From IMG/VR virus record IMGVR_UViG_3300036770_008730: 64,000 bases of DNA; one strand, given 5' to 3'. The DNA comes from a virus. Its lineage: Duplodnaviria; Caudoviricetes. The notes beneath the pieces were generated by a model. The model made no database searches and was not told the DNA's origin. It saw only the letters and a program-made list of their open reading frames with translations. Shown in pieces: positions 47,501 to 56,741 of this stretch (its first letter is position 1; each line of letters begins with the position of its first letter). The position numbers and the translations under genes are program-made.

Positions 47501-48513
47501 GACAAGCTTCTCTTCCTGATGGAACTGAAGAAAGACAAAATCAAATATTGAATCTTGTCGCTAAAGGAACTCCTTTATTCAAAGCGATTACAAATAAAGA
47601 GGCTATTGACTTCAGATATTTAATTGATTCTTTTGGATTAGGTTTAACTGAAAGATCTAAACAACAATTGGTTGACATTTGTGGTGATAGATTAGACGCA
47701 TTTGGTTTCATCAATATGCCATCAATGAGACAATTCAAAAACTCAAGTGGTCCATCTTTCGTAAATGCTGAGGGTGTATTACAACTTGAATTTGTAGCTA
47801 AAGGTGGTGACCCAGAAAGTAATCCTCCATTCTTATATTCATTCGGTGATGGTGCAGGAAGCACTTGTGTAGGGTACTTTATGCCTTATGTGATTGGTAA
47901 TGATAATGGTAGACCAGTTGAACTTCCACCAGCAATGCATGTGGCGACAACTTATATGAGAAAACATATCTCTAATGTTACATCTATCACACCTTGGACA
48001 ATCGCAGCGGGTGTTACAAATGGTAGAGTTACTAATATTCCAAGTACTGAATTGGATTTCACACTTTCTGATATTGAATATATCAATCAGGCACAGATGA
48101 ATCCTATAGTATTCAAAAGAAATAGAGGATATGTAATCGAGACTGAAAACACAGCTCAAACTCTTTATAGGTCAGCTCTTTCTTACATACATGTTAGAGA
48201 GGTGTTGATTGAACTTGAAAGAGAATTATCAAGAATGTTATTAGATTTCCAATGGAAATTCAATACTCCTGATATCAGAGCTGAAATTAAGTTAAGAGCA
48301 GATGTAATCTGTGAAACTTATGTAAGTAAAAACGGTCTTTACAACTACTTCAACAAAATGGATGAAGAAAACAATACAAATGAGATTATCGATAATCAAA
48401 TCGGTGTTCTTGATACCTATGTGGAACCAATTAAGGGTATGGGTATTATTGTTAATAACATTACCATCCTTAGAACTGGTGCTATCAGTGCGGGTGGATT
48501 CATCAATCCATAA
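44572..48513 (+). CDS. gp18: Tail sheath protein (gp18-like), enlarged to 1313 aa
   Basis: N-terminal KRPGIFIEEFD..GVSKKGPVNTP; C-terminal PWTIAAG..NG, ALSYIHVREVLI, DEENNTNEIIDN..VEP motifs. Confidence 0.85.
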   Translation: MAIQIGKYKRPGIFIEEFDNSVISSPIVEGITNMVIGVSKKGPVNTPIRLTTTGDLEAVFGQLDRGLERKGSYFHRTITKMLETSPIFAINLLLTDDTLDVIEYKSLSSSSGYMNDIKREGPYRRFFDTTGFWKRDTESFINLTKNNTGYTERAFNITNLSDKTISVFIIKSPISGFDRTLIEWYGTIDKMPPYVNQNDFASDYLVDVVVVGGDWSNYQELAVDNRWSAYFNASGLRKDQLRNFANDRNVSLLAYYEGLSLIPYFRDGNGRNIFIETTINRDTDRTGLFCSFNTDLVEKDYYTGMLDLLGNTIVDQSETDIDFLSYKETIAESVMFEAVPLDLPGNVTAMLSSATFGYNGGYSSPTGHAFESALSNPQTSGVLVNENNRTPWFAEGYVHNVERASSVASSTSSITVTYNVSAEAYCVIGDTYIPVSATTSLTIDSLDYPVSASTQVYFSAFVLDASGEISEVKTTTANTRPTVDPSDIVLGYATFSVASGQFVGSPFVKNVSVNTSGFNDFVFGTNSATDDFFVTNLGSGSIKIEFIGTSAKASTANYEQYRRIKQFNRMIDLIDSPNKNKMSLLLGPSSGYRKVSMSTMTISNIVTSNVLNKSFTINTGLTTAELVDVLQGYLVFYTEDNEMLIGSLGMDTTEQVHGGTYGVVGKYSKFYGRFFDGIISTKDFFYDNRLYVYSDGDANTIATLGKSVNITFVDGETVTSATSSYAGYDYIVFEYDSSNFDTQIELETFEQLVFPDSDLNKGSFTIVTNTVEPLDSPSALASNLGFVNTATQFYFAYQVNEEVNYEYLTEVTTVQDYLTKHYLKMYLENNGDLNVRFTDVLLESDEPADFVANAKFMVQSEKSNLKQTIEVELPSGYTRVPNKVLINGTRYTEVKVGDFLEAYVDTTLLQPGEAPRKLTRILSKRQYAGDPTLTEVTCDARINTYSFDGDLQTTRFVSVDQYATTYKAISLKGFRIRQASLPDGTEERQNQILNLVAKGTPLFKAITNKEAIDFRYLIDSFGLGLTERSKQQLVDICGDRLDAFGFINMPSMRQFKNSSGPSFVNAEGVLQLEFVAKGGDPESNPPFLYSFGDGAGSTCVGYFMPYVIGNDNGRPVELPPAMHVATTYMRKHISNVTSITPWTIAAGVTNGRVTNIPSTELDFTLSDIEYINQAQMNPIVFKRNRGYVIETENTAQTLYRSALSYIHVREVLIELERELSRMLLDFQWKFNTPDIRAEIKLRADVICETYVSKNGLYNYFNKMDEENNTNEIIDNQIGVLDTYVEPIKGMGIIVNNITILRTGAISAGGFINP

Positions 48514-48534
48514 ATTGAAATTAAATTCAATAAT

Positions 48535-48561
48535 AAAAAAGAGGGTTATCCCTCTTTTTTT
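48535..48561 (+). terminator. Intrinsic terminator after the sheath gene
   Basis: AAAAAAGAGGG-TTAT-CCCTCTTTTTT. Confidence 0.85.
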
Positions 48562-48610
48562 ATTCAACATAGATAGGTGTGTTTAATATATATCTAAAAA
48601 GGTATGTAAT

Positions 48611-50317
48611 ATGAATTTTGAGATTTTTAAAAGTCCAGATCCTTCAGGAAGGTTATCAAAAGAATCTTTTATTTCTAATAATTATCCAGAAGAATATATT
48701 TATATTATAGACTTTTGTAGTAAAAATGGAATGAATGATTTACCATTCAAAGAAAAAGTTTATTTAAGTGTTAATAAAATTAACAGATTACCAGTTTGTA
48801 AAAATCCTAATTGTAGTAGTTTGGTTTCTTTTAGAAATTCTACATTGGGTTATCGAGAATATTGTTCTACTAAATGTTTGAGCTCGGATCCGGATATTAA
48901 AAAAATAAAACAACAAAAATCTATACAAAAGTATGGCACAAACACACCCGCTCAATCTCAGGTTATCAAAAATAAAATTATTAAAACTAATTTAGAGAAA
49001 TGGGGAGCTAATTCACCAATGTGTGATGATGGCGTTCGAAAAAAATCTAAAGAAACTCTAATTAAAAATTGGGGAGTTGACAATCCTTCAAAATCTGAAG
49101 AACTTATTGAAAAAAGAATTGAATCTTTTAAACTAAGTGATTTCAAACAAAACTTCAAAAAAACATCTATTGAGAAATATGGAGTAGAACATCCTTGGAT
49201 GAATGAAGATATACACAATAAAACAATCGATTTCTTTTATCAAAACTATAGACAAAGAATTGAATCAAAGATAGATGGTGATTATAAGTTTGTCGGATTT
49301 GCCAAAGGAACGTCTACCTATTTAAACTTCTATTGTAAAAAGTGCGAATCAGATTTTGATATACTGACTTATCAGTTTTACTATCGAATTAATTCTAAGA
49401 TAAGTATATGTACAAAGTGTTTCCCTATTTCTGAAAGTTCATCAGTATCTCAAATTGAACTTTATAATTTTATTAAAGAGAATTATGATGGTGAAATACT
49501 TTTAAATACTAAAGATTTTATTAATCCTTATGAGATAGACATTTATTTGCCCGAACTTAATATAGGATTTGAATTTAATGGTGTTTGGTGGCACAGTAAT
49601 AAATTCAAAAAACAGAATTATCATCAAAGTAAAATACAAATAGCTGAAGATAAAGGAATAAAACTAGTAATGATTTGGGAAGATGATTGGCAAATTAAAA
49701 GAGAAATTTGTAAATCTTTTATTTTAAATAAATTAGGAAAAACAAAAAGTAGAATTTTCGCAAGAAAATGTTTAATACAAGAAGTCAATTATATGGAATC
49801 AAAAAAGTTCTTAGATGAGAACCATTTACAGGGAGATTGTAAGTCATCTATTAGAATTGGATTATTCTTCAATGATGAGATTGTTAGTCTAATGACTTTT
49901 TCAAAACTTAGATTACCTCTTCAAAGATTTGAAAAAAATAGAAATAGAAAAGATCATTTTGAATTAACAAGATTCTGTAATAGAATTGATAGTAATGTAA
50001 TTGGGGGAGCTTCTAAAATGATTAAATATTTTATAGAAAAGAATAATCCAAAACAAATAGAAACCTATTCTGATAATTTAATATCCTCTGGTCACTTATA
50101 TGAGAAAATAGGATTCGAATATACACATACATCAAACCCTGGATATTGGTATGTTGTAAATGGAATAAGACAGCATAGGTTTAACTGGCGAAAACAAAAG
50201 TTAATTAAAATGGGACATGATCCAAGTAAATCAGAGGAGGAGATTATGAATGAATTAGGATATTGGAGAATATATAATGCTGGTAATAAAAAGTGGATAC
50301 TAAATCTCGAAAAATAA
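48611..50317 (+). mobile_element. Free-standing homing endonuclease (PD-(D/E)xK-type, Hef-like C-terminus)
   Basis: Zinc ribbons, KYGxxxP repeats, YEIDIYLPELNIGFEFNGVWWHS, then FARKC..FLDENHLQG..ELTRFC..LYEKIGF. Confidence 0.7.
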
Positions 50318-50396
50318 TAAACTATTAATAAAATAATTCTATAATACAGAGGACTTAATAGATCTCAATATATAATAAAAAATAATCAAAAAAACA

Positions 50397-51353
50397 ATGT
50401 CGAAGAATAATAAAAATGAAATGTCAGAAGAAGATTACTTAAAAAGACATCTTAATGATATAGATGGAAATAAAAGGAATAGTTCTTTTGATATGAATAG
50501 TGATATACCACATGTTCAACCTCAAGTCGAACAAAATAAGGTATCTGATATGCAGTATTTTAATTTTGATATAAAAGAATTACCTTGTGGTCAGTTTTAT
50601 CCAACTGGTACTCTATTTATGATAAGACCAGCTCAAGTAAAAGAAATTCAAGCCTATTCAATGGTTGATGATAACAATTTTTATGACATTGTTGAAAAGA
50701 TGAATGATATGATGCAGGCTTGTATCAGGATAAAATATCCAGATGGTAGAATCGGTTCTTATCTTGAAATAAAAGACCAGGATCGATTATTTTTAATATT
50801 CATGATTCGTGAGTTAACTTTTCAACAAGGAAATTACTTAGCTACTAAGAAAAGTTGCACCTGCGGTGCGGAAACATCTTTAGAGTTAAAGAGAGGAAAT
50901 TTTGAATATCACCCTATTGATGATAAATTAGGAAAATATTTCAATCTATCTACTAAATCATTCAATTTTAGAACAGTTAATGGTAAAGAATTTGAATTAA
51001 CCCCACCAAATATTGGATTACAAAAAGCTTTTTCTGAATATATCTTAAAAGAAAATAACGAAAAAAGAACTCCTAATTTGGCCTTCTTAAAAATTATTCC
51101 ATTTATGATGAGTGGAAAAACATCAATTAGTTATGATGGTATCAAAGCTAAATTGAAAGATTTTGAAGAAATCGATGACATTTCTTTTCAATTCTTAAAT
51201 GCAGCTGTTAGTAAAATGACATTTGGTATTAAAGAACTAAAGAAGAATTGTGGTGCTTGCGGCGAGGAGGTCCGTGCAGAAATGCAATTTCCCAACGGAG
51301 CGTCAGGTATTTTCGTTGTTCATGATGCCTTTGAAGCATATATTAAAGAATAA
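50397..51353 (+). CDS. Baseplate hub/tail assembly protein (gp26-like)
   Basis: LPCGQFYP..IRPAQVKEI, CxC and CGAC zinc motifs; next to the tail tube gene. Confidence 0.6.
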   Translation: MSKNNKNEMSEEDYLKRHLNDIDGNKRNSSFDMNSDIPHVQPQVEQNKVSDMQYFNFDIKELPCGQFYPTGTLFMIRPAQVKEIQAYSMVDDNNFYDIVEKMNDMMQACIRIKYPDGRIGSYLEIKDQDRLFLIFMIRELTFQQGNYLATKKSCTCGAETSLELKRGNFEYHPIDDKLGKYFNLSTKSFNFRTVNGKEFELTPPNIGLQKAFSEYILKENNEKRTPNLAFLKIIPFMMSGKTSISYDGIKAKLKDFEEIDDISFQFLNAAVSKMTFGIKELKKNCGACGEEVRAEMQFPNGASGIFVVHDAFEAYIKE

Positions 51354-51576
51354 ACTTCTTTTACAAAAACACTTTCATCTTCAGGAATGGGCCATGGATC
51401 AATGGCCATTCTGGATGTTCGAAGAGAATATTAATCTTGTTAACGAAATTCAAGAAGAAGAAGAAACTAAGCGTAAAAAAGATGAAGAGGCACAACAAAA
51501 AGGTATGCCAAACTTCGATGCTAACGGTATGATGAAGAGTGCATCCAATATGACAAATAACATACCAAAATACTAA
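51322..51576 (+). CDS. Baseplate hub assembly catalyst/tail chaperone (gp51-like); likely start 51322
   Basis: LLLQKHFHLQEWAMDQWPFW..VNEIQEEE resembles the short gp51-like F.LM.HH.YS..EIE.M.PWER motif. Confidence 0.5.
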   Translation: MMPLKHILKNKLLLQKHFHLQEWAMDQWPFWMFEENINLVNEIQEEEETKRKKDEEAQQKGMPNFDANGMMKSASNMTNNIPKY

Positions 51577-51590
51577 TTATTGAATAAAAT

Positions 51591-51618
51591 AAAAAAACCC
51601 ATCAATTGATGGGTTTTT
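51591..51618. terminator. Bidirectional terminator
   Basis: AAAAAAACCCATCA-AT-TGATGGGTTTTT between convergent genes. Confidence 0.85.
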
Positions 51619-51637
51619 AGTTTTAAATATTTTACTA

Positions 51638-52258
51638 TTAGTATCCGGAAACTAAAGGTGGATTAATTGTAAAGTTTTGGTCGATATACTCATCAATGAA
51701 GTAATCATATAAGAAATCAGCTTGTGAGTTCTCAATGATGTTATTACCTGACCAATCAAGATCATAACCTTGTAATTTGGTAATTTGAACATTTTGATAT
51801 GTAACCCTTCTTAATACAACACCCTTTTTATCATGTTGATTTACAATGATAGTTCCGATGATATCACTCTTGTAATGTAATGATCCATTTTGAGAGTTAA
51901 ATACTAAGTCATACCAAGCTTTCATAGTGTTCCAAGTTTCCATAGAACCTTGATTATTAACATTCACCTGAATAGGAATAGAAAGTGTACCATCAGTTTT
52001 TGTAGGAGTTGATAAAAACATTCTTGTTGAATACTTGAATCTTTGAGTTTTTGCTGCAACGTCAAATTCAGTAGTCTGCATACCTATCTTTGTTGCATTT
52101 TGTAACAACAAAATTGGATCTCTTCCTTGTGCTTGTAAGATAACTGGTAAAATAAAAGTTATCTCAAATAAGTTTAAGTAAACTACTTCATCTGGTAGTG
52201 TACCTGGTCCCCCAGGGGAACCTGAATTTATGACCTGGGTAAAATGAGGTAATGGCAT
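51638..52258 (-). CDS. gp19: Tail tube protein (gp19-like)
   Basis: LNLFEITF, WYDLVFN, YKSDIIGTIIVNQHD..G, LDWSG. Confidence 0.75.
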   Translation of the reverse strand: MPLPHFTQVINSGSPGGPGTLPDEVVYLNLFEITFILPVILQAQGRDPILLLQNATKIGMQTTEFDVAAKTQRFKYSTRMFLSTPTKTDGTLSIPIQVNVNNQGSMETWNTMKAWYDLVFNSQNGSLHYKSDIIGTIIVNQHDKKGVVLRRVTYQNVQITKLQGYDLDWSGNNIIENSQADFLYDYFIDEYIDQNFTINPPLVSGY

Positions 52259-52378
52259 ATATTTTTTAATTATTTTTTATAATTTATATATTTTCTCCGT
52301 TATTATCTTTAGCTGTTTTCACACATAATATGTTGTAAATAATGCCTTTTCCACTTTTTAGACTTAATAGATACCACT

Positions 52379-52714
52379 ATGAACTGTAACTATAGGTATT
52401 GTGGTAAAGATATAAGATATGGTAGACCAGATCGTAGATTTTGTAATAAAGACTGTAAATCTAAAGAAAAGTCTATAATTAAAGAGTTAAAAGCGCTTAA
52501 TAGAAAATCTAAAAAGAGTAGAGATTTTATACAAAAATCAAGAAAGAAACATAAAAATAGATATAACTATGATTTAGTATTGTATGAAAATTGCAGAACT
52601 AAAGTTAAAATAATTTGTCCAGTGCATGGTGTCTTTGAACAAACACCAGACGCTCATCTTTATTCAGGTAGAGGTTGTGAAAAATGTGCCAGAGAGGCAA
52701 GAAGAAAAGATTAA
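52379..52714 (+). CDS. Homing-endonuclease-derived zinc-binding protein without a nuclease domain
   Basis: C..C..RRFC..DC and KVKIICPVHGVFEQTPDAHLYSGRGCEKC repeat unit; no catalytic domain follows. Confidence 0.6.
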   Translation: MNCNYRYCGKDIRYGRPDRRFCNKDCKSKEKSIIKELKALNRKSKKSRDFIQKSRKKHKNRYNYDLVLYENCRTKVKIICPVHGVFEQTPDAHLYSGRGCEKCAREARRKD

Positions 52715-52748
52715 TTCAACCATACTGAATTTTACAATATAATACTAT

Positions 52749-53888
52749 ATGAGTAAAATTTACATGATCGGAGATAGTCACATTGGACTTGGATTTCCAA
52801 ATAGCGTAGATAAATGGTTTAAAGTTCATAAAGAGTATTTTAGTGAATTTTTGATACCTTTATTAAAAAGAGAAGTTAAATCGGGTGATATAATTGTTCA
52901 TTTGGGTGATTTGTTCGACAATAGAAATGTGATTCCTATCAATTTACTTAACTATGGAATGGATATTGTAGAAGAAATATCTAAAATTGCACCATTTCAT
53001 ATTATAGTTGGTAATCATGATCTTTGGTCTAAAAGTGCAAGTGAAGTTAATAGTATTCGTCCATTCAAATGGATTCCAAATGTTTTTGTACATGATACTG
53101 TTACAAAGATAGATTATAATGGTTTGAAACTTTTATTGATGCCTTATGTTGAGAAGAGAGTCGAACAGATTAAATGGATACAAGATAATAGAGATTGTCA
53201 CTATCTTTTTTGCCACTCTGATTTAAATGGTGCTAAAATGCATTTAACATCTGTTGCTCATAAAAATCCTGATAAAATTGATGTCGAGGAGTTTTCAGCA
53301 TTTAAAAAGGTTTACAGTGGTCATATTCACATTGTCTCTGATAACAGTCAGAAAAACTTCAAATTTGTTGGTTCCATTTTTCAAATGGATAGAAATGACA
53401 CCGGAGACCAAAAAGGTATTTTTGTTTTAGATACTGATACCGGTGAAGAAACATTCTTCCCAAATAAGATATCTCCTATTTTTAAGAAATTTAGAGTTGT
53501 TAAAGAAGAAGATGTGGATAGATTAGATGAGATAAAAGATACCAAAGACTATGTTGACTTACAAATTTCTAATAATCTTTTAATTAGTAACAGAAAGCTT
53601 CGTAGAAAACTTGAAGTGATGTTAGAAAAAGGTAACTTTGCCTCTGTTGAATATATTGATGATATTACAAAAGAGTTAGTTGATGGTGAAGAAGTGAATG
53701 AATCTTCAACAGTCGAAGTTGATGAGAATGGAATTGAAATCTCAGTTCAATTAGAATATGAAGACTATATAAAAGAGTATATTCTTAAACAGAAATACGA
53801 CAATGATAAATTTAAATCAGGTGTTATTTCTGAATTTGATGAAGTGATAAAAATTTACACTGACAATTACAAGTCTTCAACAGATTAA
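52749..53888 (+). CDS. gp47: Recombination endonuclease subunit (T4 gp47/SbcD/Mre11-like)
   Basis: IGDSHIG, HLGDLFDNR, VGNHD, SGHIH metallophosphoesterase motifs. Confidence 0.85.
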   Translation: MSKIYMIGDSHIGLGFPNSVDKWFKVHKEYFSEFLIPLLKREVKSGDIIVHLGDLFDNRNVIPINLLNYGMDIVEEISKIAPFHIIVGNHDLWSKSASEVNSIRPFKWIPNVFVHDTVTKIDYNGLKLLLMPYVEKRVEQIKWIQDNRDCHYLFCHSDLNGAKMHLTSVAHKNPDKIDVEEFSAFKKVYSGHIHIVSDNSQKNFKFVGSIFQMDRNDTGDQKGIFVLDTDTGEETFFPNKISPIFKKFRVVKEEDVDRLDEIKDTKDYVDLQISNNLLISNRKLRRKLEVMLEKGNFASVEYIDDITKELVDGEEVNESSTVEVDENGIEISVQLEYEDYIKEYILKQKYDNDKFKSGVISEFDEVIKIYTDNYKSSTD

Positions 53889-54826
53889 AATTTCAATTCA
53901 CTCACATCTTTTGCTCTACCTGTAGAAGGATCTCTTGAATTAATAATTTTATTCGGATTGATTCCTGGTCTAGTTGTTAGATAAAAACCATTTTCTAATT
54001 CTCCCTTTACACCTAGTAGATTTAGTATTTCTTTAGGACTATTGTGCTTTGAACTAATCAACATTTGCTCAACATTTTCAGCCGTATACATCTTATTATC
54101 TAAATCCGGTTTGTCTGTAGCTTGAAACCATCTGCAATACTGATACATTCCAGAATCCTCATTATTAACATCTATTCGTTCGGATTTATTTTCACTATTT
54201 ACTCTACTATCAATATTTTTCAGATACCAATCTAATGGTGTGAATATTAGATAATCTTCGATATTACCAAACACTTTGAATTCTTTTATTCCTGTATCTA
54301 CATCATCAAATACTATCGTTTTGGCTTTCGAAAAGTAAGCAACCCATGCCATTCCAAATCTTCTACCATCATGGCCATCTTTTTGTTTGCTTTTTGCTTT
54401 TGGATCTGGATCAGTTAAATATCCTATATGTGGTCTTATTTCTTCATATTTCTTTTTTTCCTCATCAGAAGCAATTTCTTGCCATTTTTTGAAATCGTCT
54501 TTGTAGATTTCTATCAACCAAGGATTATCTTTAAAGCTATTAGCAGAAAGTTTGGCTAATTCAGGCAAACCATTTTCTGATATCATCTCCATTAATTTTT
54601 GAAAAATTAAATCGTTGCCTTGAAAATTATCTGTACCTGTTAAGACCTTATCTGCCTCTGGATTTTGATACCAATGGACAATTTTAGTTGGCGCTAAACT
54701 TTTTGAATCGGTTGCTAAATAAGTTTTACCAGAAGCGCTTGGTCCAGATAGCAAAATAAACTTTTTACCTTCAACTCCTTCTTTTAGTAGTTTAATAAAA
54801 CTTTCGTATAACTTTAAGTATTTCAT
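53885..54826 (-). CDS. P-loop kinase-like protein with capsid-targeting-like N-terminus
   Basis: MKYLKLYESF start; LLSGPSASGKT Walker A; IVFDD. Confidence 0.6.
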   Translation of the reverse strand: MKYLKLYESFIKLLKEGVEGKKFILLSGPSASGKTYLATDSKSLAPTKIVHWYQNPEADKVLTGTDNFQGNDLIFQKLMEMISENGLPELAKLSANSFKDNPWLIEIYKDDFKKWQEIASDEEKKKYEEIRPHIGYLTDPDPKAKSKQKDGHDGRRFGMAWVAYFSKAKTIVFDDVDTGIKEFKVFGNIEDYLIFTPLDWYLKNIDSRVNSENKSERIDVNNEDSGMYQYCRWFQATDKPDLDNKMYTAENVEQMLISSKHNSPKEILNLLGVKGELENGFYLTTRPGINPNKIINSRDPSTGRAKDVSELKF

Positions 54827-54895
54827 AGTTTTGTTTTTTTTTTTCTGTATTATATATTAATTTTTATCCTATAAATTTTTCTAAATATACCAAAC

Positions 54896-55615
54896 CTAAC
54901 TTATTACTTCGATTCCTTCCTGGCCGAAGACGAAGACTTCTCGACCCCTGAAGATGATAGCAGTGTCTTCCGAGATGCCCAATCCTATCTTCCCAGAAGT
55001 AAGACCGACTGCTATCTTCAGGCGAGAGATTCTACCTCTTTCTCTAAAATGAGTGTCTACTACGATGTCTGGCAACATAGATAGACCCTTTTTCATGAGG
55101 GGTATACTTTTGCCACCTGCTATCATCTCTCCGGATAGGGCCATAGCACCAGCAGAAGTACCTACCACAGCCATTCCTTCTGAAAATCGTTGCTTCATTC
55201 TACTCAGGAAGGAAGTTCCCAGGTAACATTCAGTTATTCTCGATTGATCTCCTCCCACGAAGAAAATTGTATCAGCAACATCTAGCTTTTTCAAGTTCTC
55301 TTCGGTGTCAACCTCGGAGGCAGTTGAAGTGTGTAGAAAAGTTGTGATGCATCCCAATCGGTTAAAAATAGGGAGGTATTTTCTTTCAGCATCTTCTTTG
55401 TGGGCAGTGGCTGTAGTCACGACCAAAAGATTAGCAGAACCCAGTCCATTGATAACAAGCTCTAAGCACTTCTCGGATTCAGATCCACCCACTAGAGCAA
55501 ATGTCTGACCATTTCTCAAGTACGGTGCGATCATGTCTTCGTACTTCAGGTTGAAGCTCTCCACCAACCAGTCACCAAAGTTTTTAATAAGCATTCTTGA
55601 GGTCTTTCTTTTCAT
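54896..55615 (-). CDS. cphB: Cyanophycinase-like peptidase (S51 family); alternative start 55594
   Basis: LVGGSE, IFFVGGDQ, GTSAGA (Ser), VDTHFRERGRISRL (His), GISEDTA (Glu). Confidence 0.8.
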   Translation of the reverse strand: MKRKTSRMLIKNFGDWLVESFNLKYEDMIAPYLRNGQTFALVGGSESEKCLELVINGLGSANLLVVTTATAHKEDAERKYLPIFNRLGCITTFLHTSTASEVDTEENLKKLDVADTIFFVGGDQSRITECYLGTSFLSRMKQRFSEGMAVVGTSAGAMALSGEMIAGGKSIPLMKKGLSMLPDIVVDTHFRERGRISRLKIAVGLTSGKIGLGISEDTAIIFRGREVFVFGQEGIEVIS

Positions 55616-55638
55616 GTTCTATATCGTACCTTTTGTGT

Positions 55639-55677
55639 CTAAAACCTGATTGTGTCAAATAGTTTTAAGTACCTCAT
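55639..55677 (-). other. 12-codon mini-ORF MRYLKLFDTIRF (isolated capsid-targeting-like peptide or gene remnant)
   Basis: ATG overlaps the upstream TGA (ATGA coupling); stops at TAG 55641-55639. Confidence 0.45.
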
Positions 55678-55934
55678 AACTTCTGTAATTTTATTTTCAA
55701 ATCACCGGTTCCTTTTATTAGTCTATGATAAATACCCATTGGTATAAAAACTTCTCCCCTTATTTGTTTAGGTAATTCATTATCAATTTGAATCATCCAA
55801 TCTGTTTCACCGATAGATTCAATTATACGATTTTCAAAATCTCGATGCCACATAAATTCACCAGAATCTGTATCTTGTTTGAACTCTCTGATAAATGTAT
55901 TATCACTTAATTTAGTTTCTTTAAATGGTAACAT
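55674..55934 (-). CDS. Small cupin-fold protein
   Basis: FMWHRD..IP.GIYHRLIKG cupin-like His motifs. Confidence 0.6.
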   Translation of the reverse strand: MLPFKETKLSDNTFIREFKQDTDSGEFMWHRDFENRIIESIGETDWMIQIDNELPKQIRGEVFIPMGIYHRLIKGTGDLKIKLQKL

Positions 55935-55938
55935 ATTT

Positions 55939-56727
55939 TTATTTATTATATAAACCTAGATAGTATTTTAATTTCTGAGGAAATTCCGTTCCCGCTGCTT
56001 TTATCTTTTGATACAATTCATCAGACATATCTTTATGTCTTTTACGAAACTCATCAGGAGACATAAACCATAAATATAAATTCAATTTTTCTTTGGATCT
56101 TTCTACCATGTCTATTTCACGAAGTTTTTTCAAATCCATTTTGGTTTCTCCTGGGTATTTTTTTGAGTATAAATAAGCGAATTGTTTTGCATGAGAATCT
56201 ACTTCCTTTTTTGATGCTAAGTATGAATATCCTTCATCTTCACCTGATTTAAATCCTTCTTTTTCTATATTTGCAATATGTTGAACCTCATGTTGTAAAC
56301 TCGATTTTAGGGCATCTACTGGATAATTAAATAATTTAGTAGTTCCTATTTCAATGCCTTCGGTTCTTATAGGATCATTTTTTGATTTTATTGCAGCTCC
56401 TTCACTCTTTGGTATCAAACGTATAAAGAAATCTTTTTGCAGAGATTTAAATGATTTCTTAATAATTGGATCAATCTGGTCAAAATCAGTTAATAAAGTA
56501 GCTGGCTCTGATGATAATCTTATATTTTGATAAGGTTTATAATGTTTTTTTATAAACTCACTTATACTTAAATTTCCTGGATTTTTTTGATAATAAATTG
56601 AAATTTGAGACTTGAAATCTAAAAGCACATCTCTAAGGAATTTATAAATCAATTTTATAGATTTATTTTCATCTTCACTTAAATATTCAGCATTTTCGAA
56701 TAGACTGTATGTTTTTAGATACTTCAT
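55939..56727 (-). CDS. HExxH zinc-metallopeptidase-like protein with capsid-targeting-like N-terminus (start probably 56727)
   Basis: MKYLKTYSLFEN; LQHEVQHIA plus downstream YLASKKEVDSHA. Confidence 0.55.
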   Translation of the reverse strand: MKYLKTYSLFENAEYLSEDENKSIKLIYKFLRDVLLDFKSQISIYYQKNPGNLSISEFIKKHYKPYQNIRLSSEPATLLTDFDQIDPIIKKSFKSLQKDFFIRLIPKSEGAAIKSKNDPIRTEGIEIGTTKLFNYPVDALKSSLQHEVQHIANIEKEGFKSGEDEGYSYLASKKEVDSHAKQFAYLYSKKYPGETKMDLKKLREIDMVERSKEKLNLYLWFMSPDEFRKRHKDMSDELYQKIKAAGTEFPQKLKYYLGLYNK

Positions 56728-56741
56728 AACCAATTTATTTT

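Noticed and set aside
51250-51576. Programmed -1 frameshift joining the gp26-like and gp51-like ORFs
   Set aside because: The second ORF is in the +1 frame, no slippery heptamer is visible, and it has its own ATG at 51322
14326-52318. CTTTA(A)GCTGTTT in both divergent intergenic regions next to the zinc-ribbon minis
   Set aside because: Imperfect match, and the orientation is inconsistent relative to the flanking genes
55639-55677. TAG readthrough fusing the mini-ORF to cyanophycinase
   Set aside because: Frames differ, and readthrough meets TGA 9 codons later
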